Assembly: GCA_021798745.1 (NCBI GenBank)
Contig: JAJZBW010000003.1
Span: 1 to 38,258, forward strand
From: Actinomycetes bacterium
GTDB lineage: Bacteria > Actinomycetota > Acidimicrobiia > Acidimicrobiales > Bog-793
Direction: 5' to 3'
Length of the DNA stretch: 38,258 nt
The notes under the pieces are model-generated. The model was not told where the DNA came from and did not search any database. It was given only the letters and a program-made list of their open reading frames with translations. A program made the translations under genes and the position numbers. Every line of letters begins with the position of its first letter. The stretch's first letter is position 1. Below, in pieces: positions 17,894 through 25,585 of this stretch.

Positions 17894-19101
17894 TCCCGGA
17901 GCTCCTCGGCCACGAGCACGCACGCCGGGTCCGAGCCGAGCGGGTCGCCGGTCGCAGCGAACGCCCTCGCCCGTGAGCCACCACACCGCTCACGATACGT
18001 GCACCTCCCGCACGGGCCTGTGAAGTCGCCGGCCCGCATCGCCCGGAGCACGGGAGAGTCGCGGTAGCTCGCGACGAGACCGGCTCGCCGGACGTCGCCG
18101 ACCTCGAGCGGCAGGAACCCCGACGCGTGGACCTTCCCGTCCGCCGAGACGAACACGATGCCCATGCCGTCCCGCGTGGCGACGCTCGGCGCCCGAACCG
18201 GCCGCTCGGGGGGTCCCGCGAGCTCCACGAGCCGCTCACGAAGGCGCGCGTAGAGGGCCCCCGCGCCCTCGGGGAGGTCCCCGTCCCGCGGGTCGCCCGC
18301 CGCGATCCTCTCGGCGAGGACCCTCCGGAAGAAGGGGCCCTCGACGGTCCGCACCGCGAAGCCGTAGCGCGAGGCGTCGACGAGGAAGTGGCACACGTCC
18401 TCGTTCTGCTCCGGGGTCGTCGCCCCGACCGCCGTGCCCCGACCGGTCGCCACGAGGAAGAAGACCTCCCACGCGTCGACCTCCTCCCGCGAGCACAGCG
18501 CGGCGACGTCCGCGAGCTCCTCGAGGTTCGAGGCCATCACGGTCGTGTTCACCTGCACGGAGAAGCCGCGTCGCCGCAAGAGCCCGATCGCGTCGAGGGT
18601 CGCCGCGAAGTGACCGGGCACGCCCCGGACACCGTCGTGGGTCTCCGGTCCCGAACCGTCGAGGCTGACCGACGCGCTCCGCACCCCGACGGCCCGCAGC
18701 GACGAGAGGGTCCGGTCGTCGAGCAGCGGCGTGACCGACGGCGCGACGGCGACCGGGACGGAGCGGCTCGCCGCGTGCGACGCCAGCTCGAGAACGTCGG
18801 GCCTCTTCAGGCAGTCTCCCCCCGTGAGCACGAGGATCGGACGAGGGCTCCCGAGCGACGCGAGCTCGTCCACGAGCGCCGTCGCCTCCCGCGTCGAGAG
18901 CTCGCCCGGTCCGGGCTCGCGCTGTGCGGACGCGCGGCAGTGGACGCACGCGAGGTCGCACGCCTTCGTCGTCTCCCAGAACACGAGGAGGGGCCGGTCG
19001 TCGAATCGCCCCCTTCCGGCGGGAGCGGCGCCCGCGTGCCCCGGCGCTCCCCGCCCCGTCGCCGAGCCGCGCGACGCCTCCCGACCCGATCCGTGGTCCA
19101 C
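17878..19101 (-). CDS. Radical SAM/SPASM protein, TIGR04053-like (NirJ/Ahb-related)
   Basis: WETTKACDLACVHCRASA (CxxxCxxC), LTGGD, VSLDG, QVNTTV, FFLVATGRG, SGFLP and CGRCTYRERCGGSRARA..GDPLGSDPAC. Confidence 0.9.
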   Translation of the reverse strand: MDHGSGREASRGSATGRGAPGHAGAAPAGRGRFDDRPLLVFWETTKACDLACVHCRASAQREPGPGELSTREATALVDELASLGSPRPILVLTGGDCLKRPDVLELASHAASRSVPVAVAPSVTPLLDDRTLSSLRAVGVRSASVSLDGSGPETHDGVRGVPGHFAATLDAIGLLRRRGFSVQVNTTVMASNLEELADVAALCSREEVDAWEVFFLVATGRGTAVGATTPEQNEDVCHFLVDASRYGFAVRTVEGPFFRRVLAERIAAGDPRDGDLPEGAGALYARLRERLVELAGPPERPVRAPSVATRDGMGIVFVSADGKVHASGFLPLEVGDVRRAGLVASYRDSPVLRAMRAGDFTGPCGRCTYRERCGGSRARAFAATGDPLGSDPACVLVAEELRDQVPV

Positions 19102-19135
19102 GGACGAAGTCTCCCGTCACCCGCCCGGCCGCGCC

Positions 19136-19151
19136 AGGGCCGGAAGTCCCC
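19136..19151. promoter_or_regulatory. Candidate DosR/DevR/OsdR-type binding site
   Basis: AGGGCCGGAAGTCCCC. The 14-bp core matches 11/14 of GGGACTWWAGTCCC and is centred about 42 bp upstream of the radical SAM start codon. Confidence 0.55.
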
Positions 19152-19435
19152 CGTCGCGCGCGTCGCACCGGTCACGCGCGGACCGGTGCGCGCACGAGAG
19201 GACGAGTCGTGGAACCGCTCGGCGCCGGCCGGCGGCGTCGACGCGGCTGTCGCGCTCCCGCATGCCGCGCCGGGTCGGGTTGCGCACGCGGGAGCGGTCG
19301 GCGAGCGCGCAGCTCGTCCCGGGTCACGGGCGTCGGGAGCCGGGACCCGCCTGACGAGATGATCAACCGACGAGTCCTGCGGATAGGCTCGGCTGCGACG
19401 GGTCCCGCGAGGCCTGTAGGAGGGGAGATCTCGTC

Positions 19436-19792
19436 GTGAGCGTGCCCATCTACCAGCTCAAGGGCGAGTTCTTCAAGACTCTCGGTCACCCGGCCCGCAT
19501 CCGGGTGCTCGAGCTCCTGGGCGACGGCGAGAAGTCGGTCGGCCAGCTCGTCCCCGAGGTCGGGATCGAGGCGTCCCACCTCTCCCAGCAGCTCGCGATC
19601 CTCAGGCGGGCGGGGCTCGTGAGCACCCGCAAGGAGGGATCGAGCGTCTTCTACTCGATCGCGAACCCGGACATCTCCGAGCTCCTCGCCGTCGCGCGGC
19701 GGATACTCACGTCGTCGCTCCACGCGTCGGCCGAGATGCTCGCGGAGCTCGAGAGCGAGCCCGTCGCGCCCCTTCCCGACGCGCGGCACTGA
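19436..19792 (+). CDS. ArsR/SmtB-family transcriptional regulator (Rv0081-like)
   Basis: PIYQLKGEFFKTLGHPARIRVLELL, SHLSQQLAILRRAGLV and RKEGSSVFYS. AGGAGG upstream. Lies directly before the Ehr operon. Confidence 0.93.
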   Translation: MSVPIYQLKGEFFKTLGHPARIRVLELLGDGEKSVGQLVPEVGIEASHLSQQLAILRRAGLVSTRKEGSSVFYSIANPDISELLAVARRILTSSLHASAEMLAELESEPVAPLPDARH

Positions 19793-19842
19793 CCAGCCGG
19801 CTCGCGCCTCGTGGGTCCGTCCACGCGCACGTCGCGAATGTG

Positions 19843-19889
19843 TGATAATCCGCCATTATTATCAGCTCGTTTATCGATGAGATACTCAT
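19843..19889. promoter_or_regulatory. AT-rich promoter/operator region of the Ehr operon with two inverted repeats
   Basis: TGATAAT-n8-ATTATCA (19843-19864) and ATGAG-ATA-CTCAT (19877-19889) in a conspicuously AT-rich patch. Confidence 0.65.
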
Positions 19890-19949
19890 AGTCCGTGTGC
19901 GGGGCGTCGAGCTGCCCCGCGCGCCGCGAGCCTCCCGCCCGGGGCGACC

Positions 19950-20426
19950 GTGGGCCTGCTGAGCACGATCCTGCGGCTGGGGAGGATCGCGGAGCCGGCC
20001 GCGGCCCCCCCGGTGCGCTCGCACGTGGACGTCGGGTCGAGGACCTCGCTCCACGTGCGTCACGTCGACGCGGGGTCGTGCAACGGGTGCGAGGTCGAGC
20101 TCTCGGGGTGCTTCTCCCCCGTGTACGACGCCGAGCAGTACGGGATCCGGCTCGTCGCCTCGCCTCGCCATGCGGACGCCCTGCTCGTGACCGGTGTCGT
20201 GACCCGCAACCTGTCCGACGCACTGCTCGCGACCGTCGAGGCGACCCCGAGACCGCGTGCCGTGGTCGCGGTCGGCGACTGCGCGTGCGACGGAGGCGGG
20301 CTCCTCGGTGCGTACGGCGTGCTCGGGCCCGTCCGGGCGGTCGTGGCGCCCGACGTCGAGATCCCCGGGTGCCCACCCCATCCGTCCGCGATCATCGCCG
20401 CCCTGAGGAGCGTGACGGGGAGATGA
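19950..20426 (+). CDS. hycG: Ehr complex Fe-S small subunit (HycG/NuoB-like)
   Basis: HVDAGSCNGCEVE, SPRHADALLVTG, VGDC and IPGCPP, giving four Cys ligands. Confidence 0.92.
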   Translation: MGLLSTILRLGRIAEPAAAPPVRSHVDVGSRTSLHVRHVDAGSCNGCEVELSGCFSPVYDAEQYGIRLVASPRHADALLVTGVVTRNLSDALLATVEATPRPRAVVAVGDCACDGGGLLGAYGVLGPVRAVVAPDVEIPGCPPHPSAIIAALRSVTGR

Positions 20427-22411
20427 GCGCGGGAGCCCCCGACGCCCGCGACGCGCCTGCGACGAGCGGGAGGCGCCACGAACGGGCAGCGCTCGCGGCG
20501 GGGATCGCCACGAGCCTGCTCGGCGCCGCAGGGGTCGCTCTCGGCGTCGTCGCCGTCGCGAGCGGGGTCGGCCCGGTCCGCGTCGGAGGCGCCCTTCCGC
20601 TCGCCGGCGTCACGCTCGCTGCAGGCGCGACGGGTGGCCTGTTCCTCCTCCTCACCGGTGCCGTCGCCGTCGCCGTCGGCGCCTACTCCGCCGGGTACGA
20701 GCGCCACGGGAGCACGGGTCCGGCGCAGCTCGCGGCGGTTCCCTTCTTCGTCGCGGCGATGCTCCTCGTCCCCCTCGCGGGCTCGGCGACGACGTTCCTC
20801 GCCGCGTGGGAGCTCATGGCGCTCGCCTCGCTCGTGGCGATCCTCGCCGACCACGCACGCGCGGCGGTCCGCGACGCGGCGCGCTGGTACGCGGTCATGA
20901 CCCACCTCGGGTTCGTCGCGATCCTCCTCGCGTTCGTCGTGCTCGGCGCGGCCGGGCACGCGGACGCGCTCGCCGTGCTCGAGCGGCGCGCGGGGTCCCT
21001 CTCCTCGTCGAGCCGCGACGTCGTGTTCCTGCTCAGCTTCCTCGGATTCGGTGCCAAGGCGGGACTCGTCCCGCTCCACGTGTGGCTCCCCCGCGCGCAC
21101 CCCGAGGCTCCGAGCCCCGTGTCCGCGCTCATGAGCGCCGCCATGGTCGCGACGGGCGTCTACGGGATCGTCCGGATCGACGTCGAGGTCCTCGGCGGAG
21201 GACCGCGCTGGTGGGCTCTCGTGGTCGTGCTCGCAGGCGCGACGTCCGCTCTGTTCGGCGTGATCCAGGCCTCGGTGAGCACGGACCTGAAGCGCCTCCT
21301 CGCGTACTCGACCACCGAGAACATGGGTCTCGTGACCCTCGCGCTCGGCTCCTCGATGCTCCTCGCCGACTACGGGGAGCGCTCCCTCGCGACGGTCGCA
21401 CTCGTCGCGGCCCTCGTCCACGTCGTCGCCCACGCGGCCTTCAAGTCGCTCGCGTTCCTCGGCGCAGGAGCCGTGCTCTTCGCGACCGGGCTCCGCGACC
21501 TCGACCTCCTCGGAGGTCTCGCGACCCGGATGCCCGCCACCACCGGGCTCTTCTTCGTGGCCGCGCTCGGCGCGTCCGGCCTCCCGCTCGGGGCAGGGTT
21601 CGTCGGCGAGTGGCTCCTCGTCCAGAGCCTCATCCACTCGAGGCCCGGGACCGGGACGCTCCTCGCACTCGTGATGCCCGTCGCGGTCGGCGTCGTCGCG
21701 CTCACGACGGGCCTCGGGGTCGCGGCCATGGTGAAGGCGTCCGGGATCGCGTTCCTCGCCCGCCCCCGGTCCGCCGAGGCGGCCCGGGCGCACGAGGTCC
21801 CCGCGGCGATGGTCGCCCCGATGGCGACCCTCGCCGCGGCGAGCGCGGTCCTCGCCGTCGCGCCGTCCGCCCTCGCTCCCGCACTCGGGAGGCTCGCTCG
21901 CGAGCTGCCCGGCCACCCGGGCTCGTTCCCGCAGCTCGGGCTGCTCCTGCGGCTGCCCGGTGTCGCGGGGTCGGTCTCTCCGGGCCTCCTCGCGGTCGGG
22001 GTCGTCGCGGCATCGGGAGGGGTCGTGGCGCTCCGGGCGCTCGTCGGGCGCTCGCGACGACCGAGAGGGACACGCGCGCCCCTCTGGTCCGGGGGAGCAG
22101 GGGCGCTCACGGAGCGGATGCAGTACACGGCGACCTCGTTCGCGGAGCCCCTCCAGAGAGTCTTCGACGACGTGCTCCGACCCGACGTCGACGTCGAGGT
22201 CGGTCACGTCGAGGAGTCCCGGTACCTCGTGGAGCGCGTCCGCTACCGGTCTCGCATCGGAGACGTCGTAGAGGAACGCGTGTTCTCCCGGGTCCTCGAC
22301 GGCGTGCACGCGTGGGCCTCGCTCGTCCGACGCGTGCACAACGGGAGCGTCCACCGGTACCTCGCGATCGGAGCGCTCGCGCTCGTCGCAGCGGTCGCGG
22401 TCGCGAGGTGA
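20423..22411 (+). CDS. hyfB: Ehr complex antiporter-like membrane subunit (HyfB/NuoL-like)
   Basis: WELMALAS, GAKAGLVPLHVWLPRAHPEAPSPVSALMS, DLKRLLAYSTTENMG, HAAFKSL and MQYTATSFAEPL. ATGA overlap with the previous gene. Confidence 0.92.
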   Translation: MSAGAPDARDAPATSGRRHERAALAAGIATSLLGAAGVALGVVAVASGVGPVRVGGALPLAGVTLAAGATGGLFLLLTGAVAVAVGAYSAGYERHGSTGPAQLAAVPFFVAAMLLVPLAGSATTFLAAWELMALASLVAILADHARAAVRDAARWYAVMTHLGFVAILLAFVVLGAAGHADALAVLERRAGSLSSSSRDVVFLLSFLGFGAKAGLVPLHVWLPRAHPEAPSPVSALMSAAMVATGVYGIVRIDVEVLGGGPRWWALVVVLAGATSALFGVIQASVSTDLKRLLAYSTTENMGLVTLALGSSMLLADYGERSLATVALVAALVHVVAHAAFKSLAFLGAGAVLFATGLRDLDLLGGLATRMPATTGLFFVAALGASGLPLGAGFVGEWLLVQSLIHSRPGTGTLLALVMPVAVGVVALTTGLGVAAMVKASGIAFLARPRSAEAARAHEVPAAMVAPMATLAAASAVLAVAPSALAPALGRLARELPGHPGSFPQLGLLLRLPGVAGSVSPGLLAVGVVAASGGVVALRALVGRSRRPRGTRAPLWSGGAGALTERMQYTATSFAEPLQRVFDDVLRPDVDVEVGHVEESRYLVERVRYRSRIGDVVEERVFSRVLDGVHAWASLVRRVHNGSVHRYLAIGALALVAAVAVAR

Positions 22412-22518
22412 CCCTCTCGGGAGCCGCGGGCGCGGTCGTGCAGGTCGCAGCCGTCGCGGTCGCGAGGTGACCCTCTCGGGAGCCGCGGGCGCGGTCGTGC
22501 AGGTCGCAGCCGTCGCGG
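22394..22518 (+). repeat. Exact 59-bp tandem duplication spanning the hyfB/hycD junction
   Basis: 22394-22452 is identical to 22453-22511, and identity continues 7 more bases to 22518. Confidence 0.92.
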
Positions 22519-23429
22519 CGGGCTCTCCGATGCTCGTCGGGTGGATGCGGCAGGTGCGCGCCCGCCTCGAGGGCCGTGCGGGAGCCGGAGCGCTCCAGCC
22601 CTACCGAGAGCTCCGGAAGCTCGCAGGCAAGCAGGACGTCACGCCCGAGGGAACCACCGCGGTGTTCTCGCTCGCGCCGGCGCTCGTCGCAGGCGTGATG
22701 CTCGTGTGCGCGGCGGTGGTCCCCACCGTCACCGTCGCCTCCCCGCTCGACTCGATCGCGGACCTCTTCGTCGTCGTCGGGCTGCTTCTCGTGGCGACGG
22801 TCGCGCTCGTGCTCGCCGCGCTCGACACGGGCACACCGTTCGGGGGGATCGGAGCGAGCCGGGAGACGACGATCGCCGCCCTCGTCGAGCCCGCGATCCT
22901 CGTCGCCGTCTACTCCCTGTCCATACGTGCGAGCTCCTCGAACCTCGCGGCGATCGTCCGCGCGACCGAGCGCCGCCCCGGCGACGTGCTCACCCCCGCC
23001 GGAGCGCTCGCCTTCGCCGCGCTCGTCGTCGTCATCGTCGCGGAGACGGGGAGGCTCCCGGTCGACAACCCGGCGACCCACCTGGAGCTCACGATGGTCC
23101 ACGAGGCGATGGTGCTCGAGTACTCGGGCTCCCGGCTCGCGATCCTCGAGTGGGCAGCCGCGATGCGCCTCGCCGTGCTCGTCGGACTCCTCGCGAACCT
23201 CTACCTTCCCGCCGGCGTCGCCGGACCGAGGTCCGGTCCGGTCGGGATCGTGCTCGGCGTCCTCGCGATCGCCGCGAAGGTCGCCGTCCTCGCGGGCGCC
23301 CTCGCCGCCGCGGAGGTGTTCGTGGCGAAGCTCCGGCTCTTCCGGGTCCCCGAGCTCCTCGCCGGCTCGTACCTGCTCGGTCTCCTCGCGGTCACGGCCG
23401 CCTACTTCCTCGGACCCCGCCGTGCGTGA
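22467..23429 (+). CDS. hycD: Ehr complex membrane subunit (HycD/HyfC/NuoH-like)
   Basis: RARLEGRAG..QPYRELRKL, LDTGTPFGGIGASRE, ETGRLPVDNPATHLELTMVHEAMVLEYSG and KLRLFRVPE. Confidence 0.93.
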   Translation: MTLSGAAGAVVQVAAVAAGSPMLVGWMRQVRARLEGRAGAGALQPYRELRKLAGKQDVTPEGTTAVFSLAPALVAGVMLVCAAVVPTVTVASPLDSIADLFVVVGLLLVATVALVLAALDTGTPFGGIGASRETTIAALVEPAILVAVYSLSIRASSSNLAAIVRATERRPGDVLTPAGALAFAALVVVIVAETGRLPVDNPATHLELTMVHEAMVLEYSGSRLAILEWAAAMRLAVLVGLLANLYLPAGVAGPRSGPVGIVLGVLAIAAKVAVLAGALAAAEVFVAKLRLFRVPELLAGSYLLGLLAVTAAYFLGPRRA

Positions 23430-23453
23430 CAGGTCCGGGACCGGGCTGCTCGC

Positions 23454-24116
23454 GTGAGCGCGGGGACCTACGCCTCGCTCGTCGACCTCGCTGCAGGGCT
23501 CCTCCTTCTCAGCGCGGTCCTCGTGGTCTGGCGCCGCGACCTCCGTGCAGCCACACGCCTGCTCGCCGTCCAGGGAGCCGCGCTCGGGGCGATCCCCGTG
23601 CTGGCCGGGATCCGCGCGCGCGACGCCCACCTCCTTGTCGTCGGGGCCGCCGTCATCGCCCTCCGTGCCGTCGTGTTCCCCCGGCTCGTCGCCGCACGCC
23701 TCCGGGGAGCGCCGTCCCACGACCGCGAAGGGGCGCCGGTCGTGAACACGGCGACGTCGCTTCTCGTGACCGCCCTCCTCGTGACCGCCGCGTACGCGCT
23801 CGGCGGATCGCTCGTGCACGCAGGCCCGTCGTCCAGCGCACGGGCCGCGCCCGTCGGGTTCGCGCTCGTCCTCGTCGGCGTGTTCCTCCTCGCGACCCGC
23901 CGTCATGCGCTGTCGCAGGTCGTCGCGCTCCTGCTGCTCGACAACGGGATCGACGCCGTCGCGTTCCTCGCCTCCCACGGGGTCCCGCCGGTCGTCGAGC
24001 TCGGCGCGTCCCTCGACGTCCTCCTCGCGATCGTGATCCTCGGAGTCCTCGCCGGGCGGATGCACGAGAAGTTCGGGGGAACCGACCTCGACGACCTGCG
24101 GGAGCTCCACGAGTGA
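23454..24116 (+). CDS. hyfE: Ehr complex membrane subunit (HyfE/HycP-like)
   Basis: Hydrophobic 220-aa protein with ALSQVV..LLDNGI, PPVVELGASLDV and C-terminal DLDDLREL. Confidence 0.88.
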   Translation: MSAGTYASLVDLAAGLLLLSAVLVVWRRDLRAATRLLAVQGAALGAIPVLAGIRARDAHLLVVGAAVIALRAVVFPRLVAARLRGAPSHDREGAPVVNTATSLLVTALLVTAAYALGGSLVHAGPSSSARAAPVGFALVLVGVFLLATRRHALSQVVALLLLDNGIDAVAFLASHGVPPVVELGASLDVLLAIVILGVLAGRMHEKFGGTDLDDLRELHE

Positions 24117-25585
24117 GCGGCGCGCTCCTCGTCACGCTCCCCGTCGCCGCCCCGGTGGCGGCGGCCGTCGTCGCCGTCGTCGCTCCCTGGCCGCGAGCCC
24201 GGAGCGCATCGGGTGTCGCGGCCTCCCTCGCCGTCCTTGCCTGCGGCGTCGCCCTCGCGGCCGGGAACGAGGTCGGGCGCACGGTCGCCGACGACCACCT
24301 CCTGCGCGTCGACGCGGCCGCGGCGTTCATGGTGACCGTGATCGGGGCGATAGGCACGCTCGCGACCGTGGCGGGCGTCGGATACCTCCGGACCGAAGGG
24401 GCGAGGGACGCGACCGCGACGCGGGACGCCCGCCGCTACGAGGCGCTCGTGCAGGTCTTCCTCGCGGCCATGACCCTCTCCGTGCTCGCGGGAAACCTCG
24501 GGGTCGTGTGGGTCGCGATCGAGGCGACCACGATCTCCACGGCGTTCCTCGTCGGGCACCGGCGCACACGCTCGTCGCTCGAGGCGACCTGGAAGTACGT
24601 GGTGATCTGCTCGTTCGGGATCACGCTCGCGTTCTTCGGGGTCGTCCTGCTCTACCTCGCGGCCACCCAGGCGGGCATCCCCCCGGCACAGGCGCTCGAT
24701 CTCGGCACGCTCTCGGCGCACGCGGCGCGCCTCGACCCGGCGCTCACCCGCCTCGCCGTCGGGCTCATGCTCGCGGGGTTCGGCACGAAGGCGGGCCTCG
24801 TCCCCTTCCACACGTGGCTCGCCGACGCCCACGGTCAGGCCCCCGCGCCCGTGTCCGCGCTCATGAGCGGGGTGCTCCTCTCGGTCGCGCTCGTCGTCGT
24901 CCTTCGGGTCCGGTCCCTCGCGGACGCTGCGCTGGGCCCGGGCTTCGCGCGCGACTGGCTGCTCGCGACCGGGCTCGCGACCCTCCTCGTCGCGGTCTCC
25001 CTCCTCGTCGCGCAGCGCGACCTCAAGCGCCTCCTCGCGTACTCGAGCCTCGAGCAGATGGGCCTCCTCGCGGTCGCCGCGGCGTCGGGCACGCGGCTCG
25101 CGATCGAGGGCATCCTCCTCGTCGTCGCCGCGCACGGGCTCGCGAAGGCGCTGCTCTTCGTCACGGCCGGCGAGCTCCAGCACGCGGAGGGCACGACCTC
25201 GATCTCCGATCTCGCCGGGGTGGCCTCGCGCGCTCCGGCTCTCGCGGGGGCGCTCGCGGCCGGGCTCGTCGCCCTCGTCGGGCTCCCCCCGTTCGCGCTC
25301 TTCGCGGGGGAGATCGCGATCGCGCGCGGGATGGCCGACGCCCATCTCGCCACCGCTCTCGCCGCCGCTCTCGTGCTCCTCGTCGTCGGAAGCGGCTCGC
25401 TCGTCAGCCACGGGGTCACCGTGCTGTTCGGTCGACCCGCACGCGAGGGCCGGCGCGTGCGGGCCTCCCCGGCGACCGCCGTCGTCGCCGTGACCGGCGT
25501 CACGGTCCTCCTCGTCCTCGGAGTCGTCGGTGGCCCGCTCGCCCACCTGCTCGCGGCAGCGGCGACCTCGCTCGGAGCACGATGA
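24113..25585 (+). CDS. hyfF: Ehr complex antiporter-like membrane subunit (HyfF/HycQ-like)
   Basis: WVAIEATT, LEATWKYVVICS, GTKAGLVPFHTWLADAHGQAPAPVSALMSG, DLKRLLAYSSLEQMG and HGLAKALLF. GTGA overlap with the previous gene. Confidence 0.92.
   Translation: MSGALLVTLPVAAPVAAAVVAVVAPWPRARSASGVAASLAVLACGVALAAGNEVGRTVADDHLLRVDAAAAFMVTVIGAIGTLATVAGVGYLRTEGARDATATRDARRYEALVQVFLAAMTLSVLAGNLGVVWVAIEATTISTAFLVGHRRTRSSLEATWKYVVICSFGITLAFFGVVLLYLAATQAGIPPAQALDLGTLSAHAARLDPALTRLAVGLMLAGFGTKAGLVPFHTWLADAHGQAPAPVSALMSGVLLSVALVVVLRVRSLADAALGPGFARDWLLATGLATLLVAVSLLVAQRDLKRLLAYSSLEQMGLLAVAAASGTRLAIEGILLVVAAHGLAKALLFVTAGELQHAEGTTSISDLAGVASRAPALAGALAAGLVALVGLPPFALFAGEIAIARGMADAHLATALAAALVLLVVGSGSLVSHGVTVLFGRPAREGRRVRASPATAVVAVTGVTVLLVLGVVGGPLAHLLAAAATSLGAR

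Noticed and set aside
19164-19300. GC-rich hairpins between the radical SAM gene and arsR (e.g. 10-bp stem at 19164-19190)
   Set aside because: Such stems are frequent in this very GC-rich intergenic DNA, and I have no independent sign of function.
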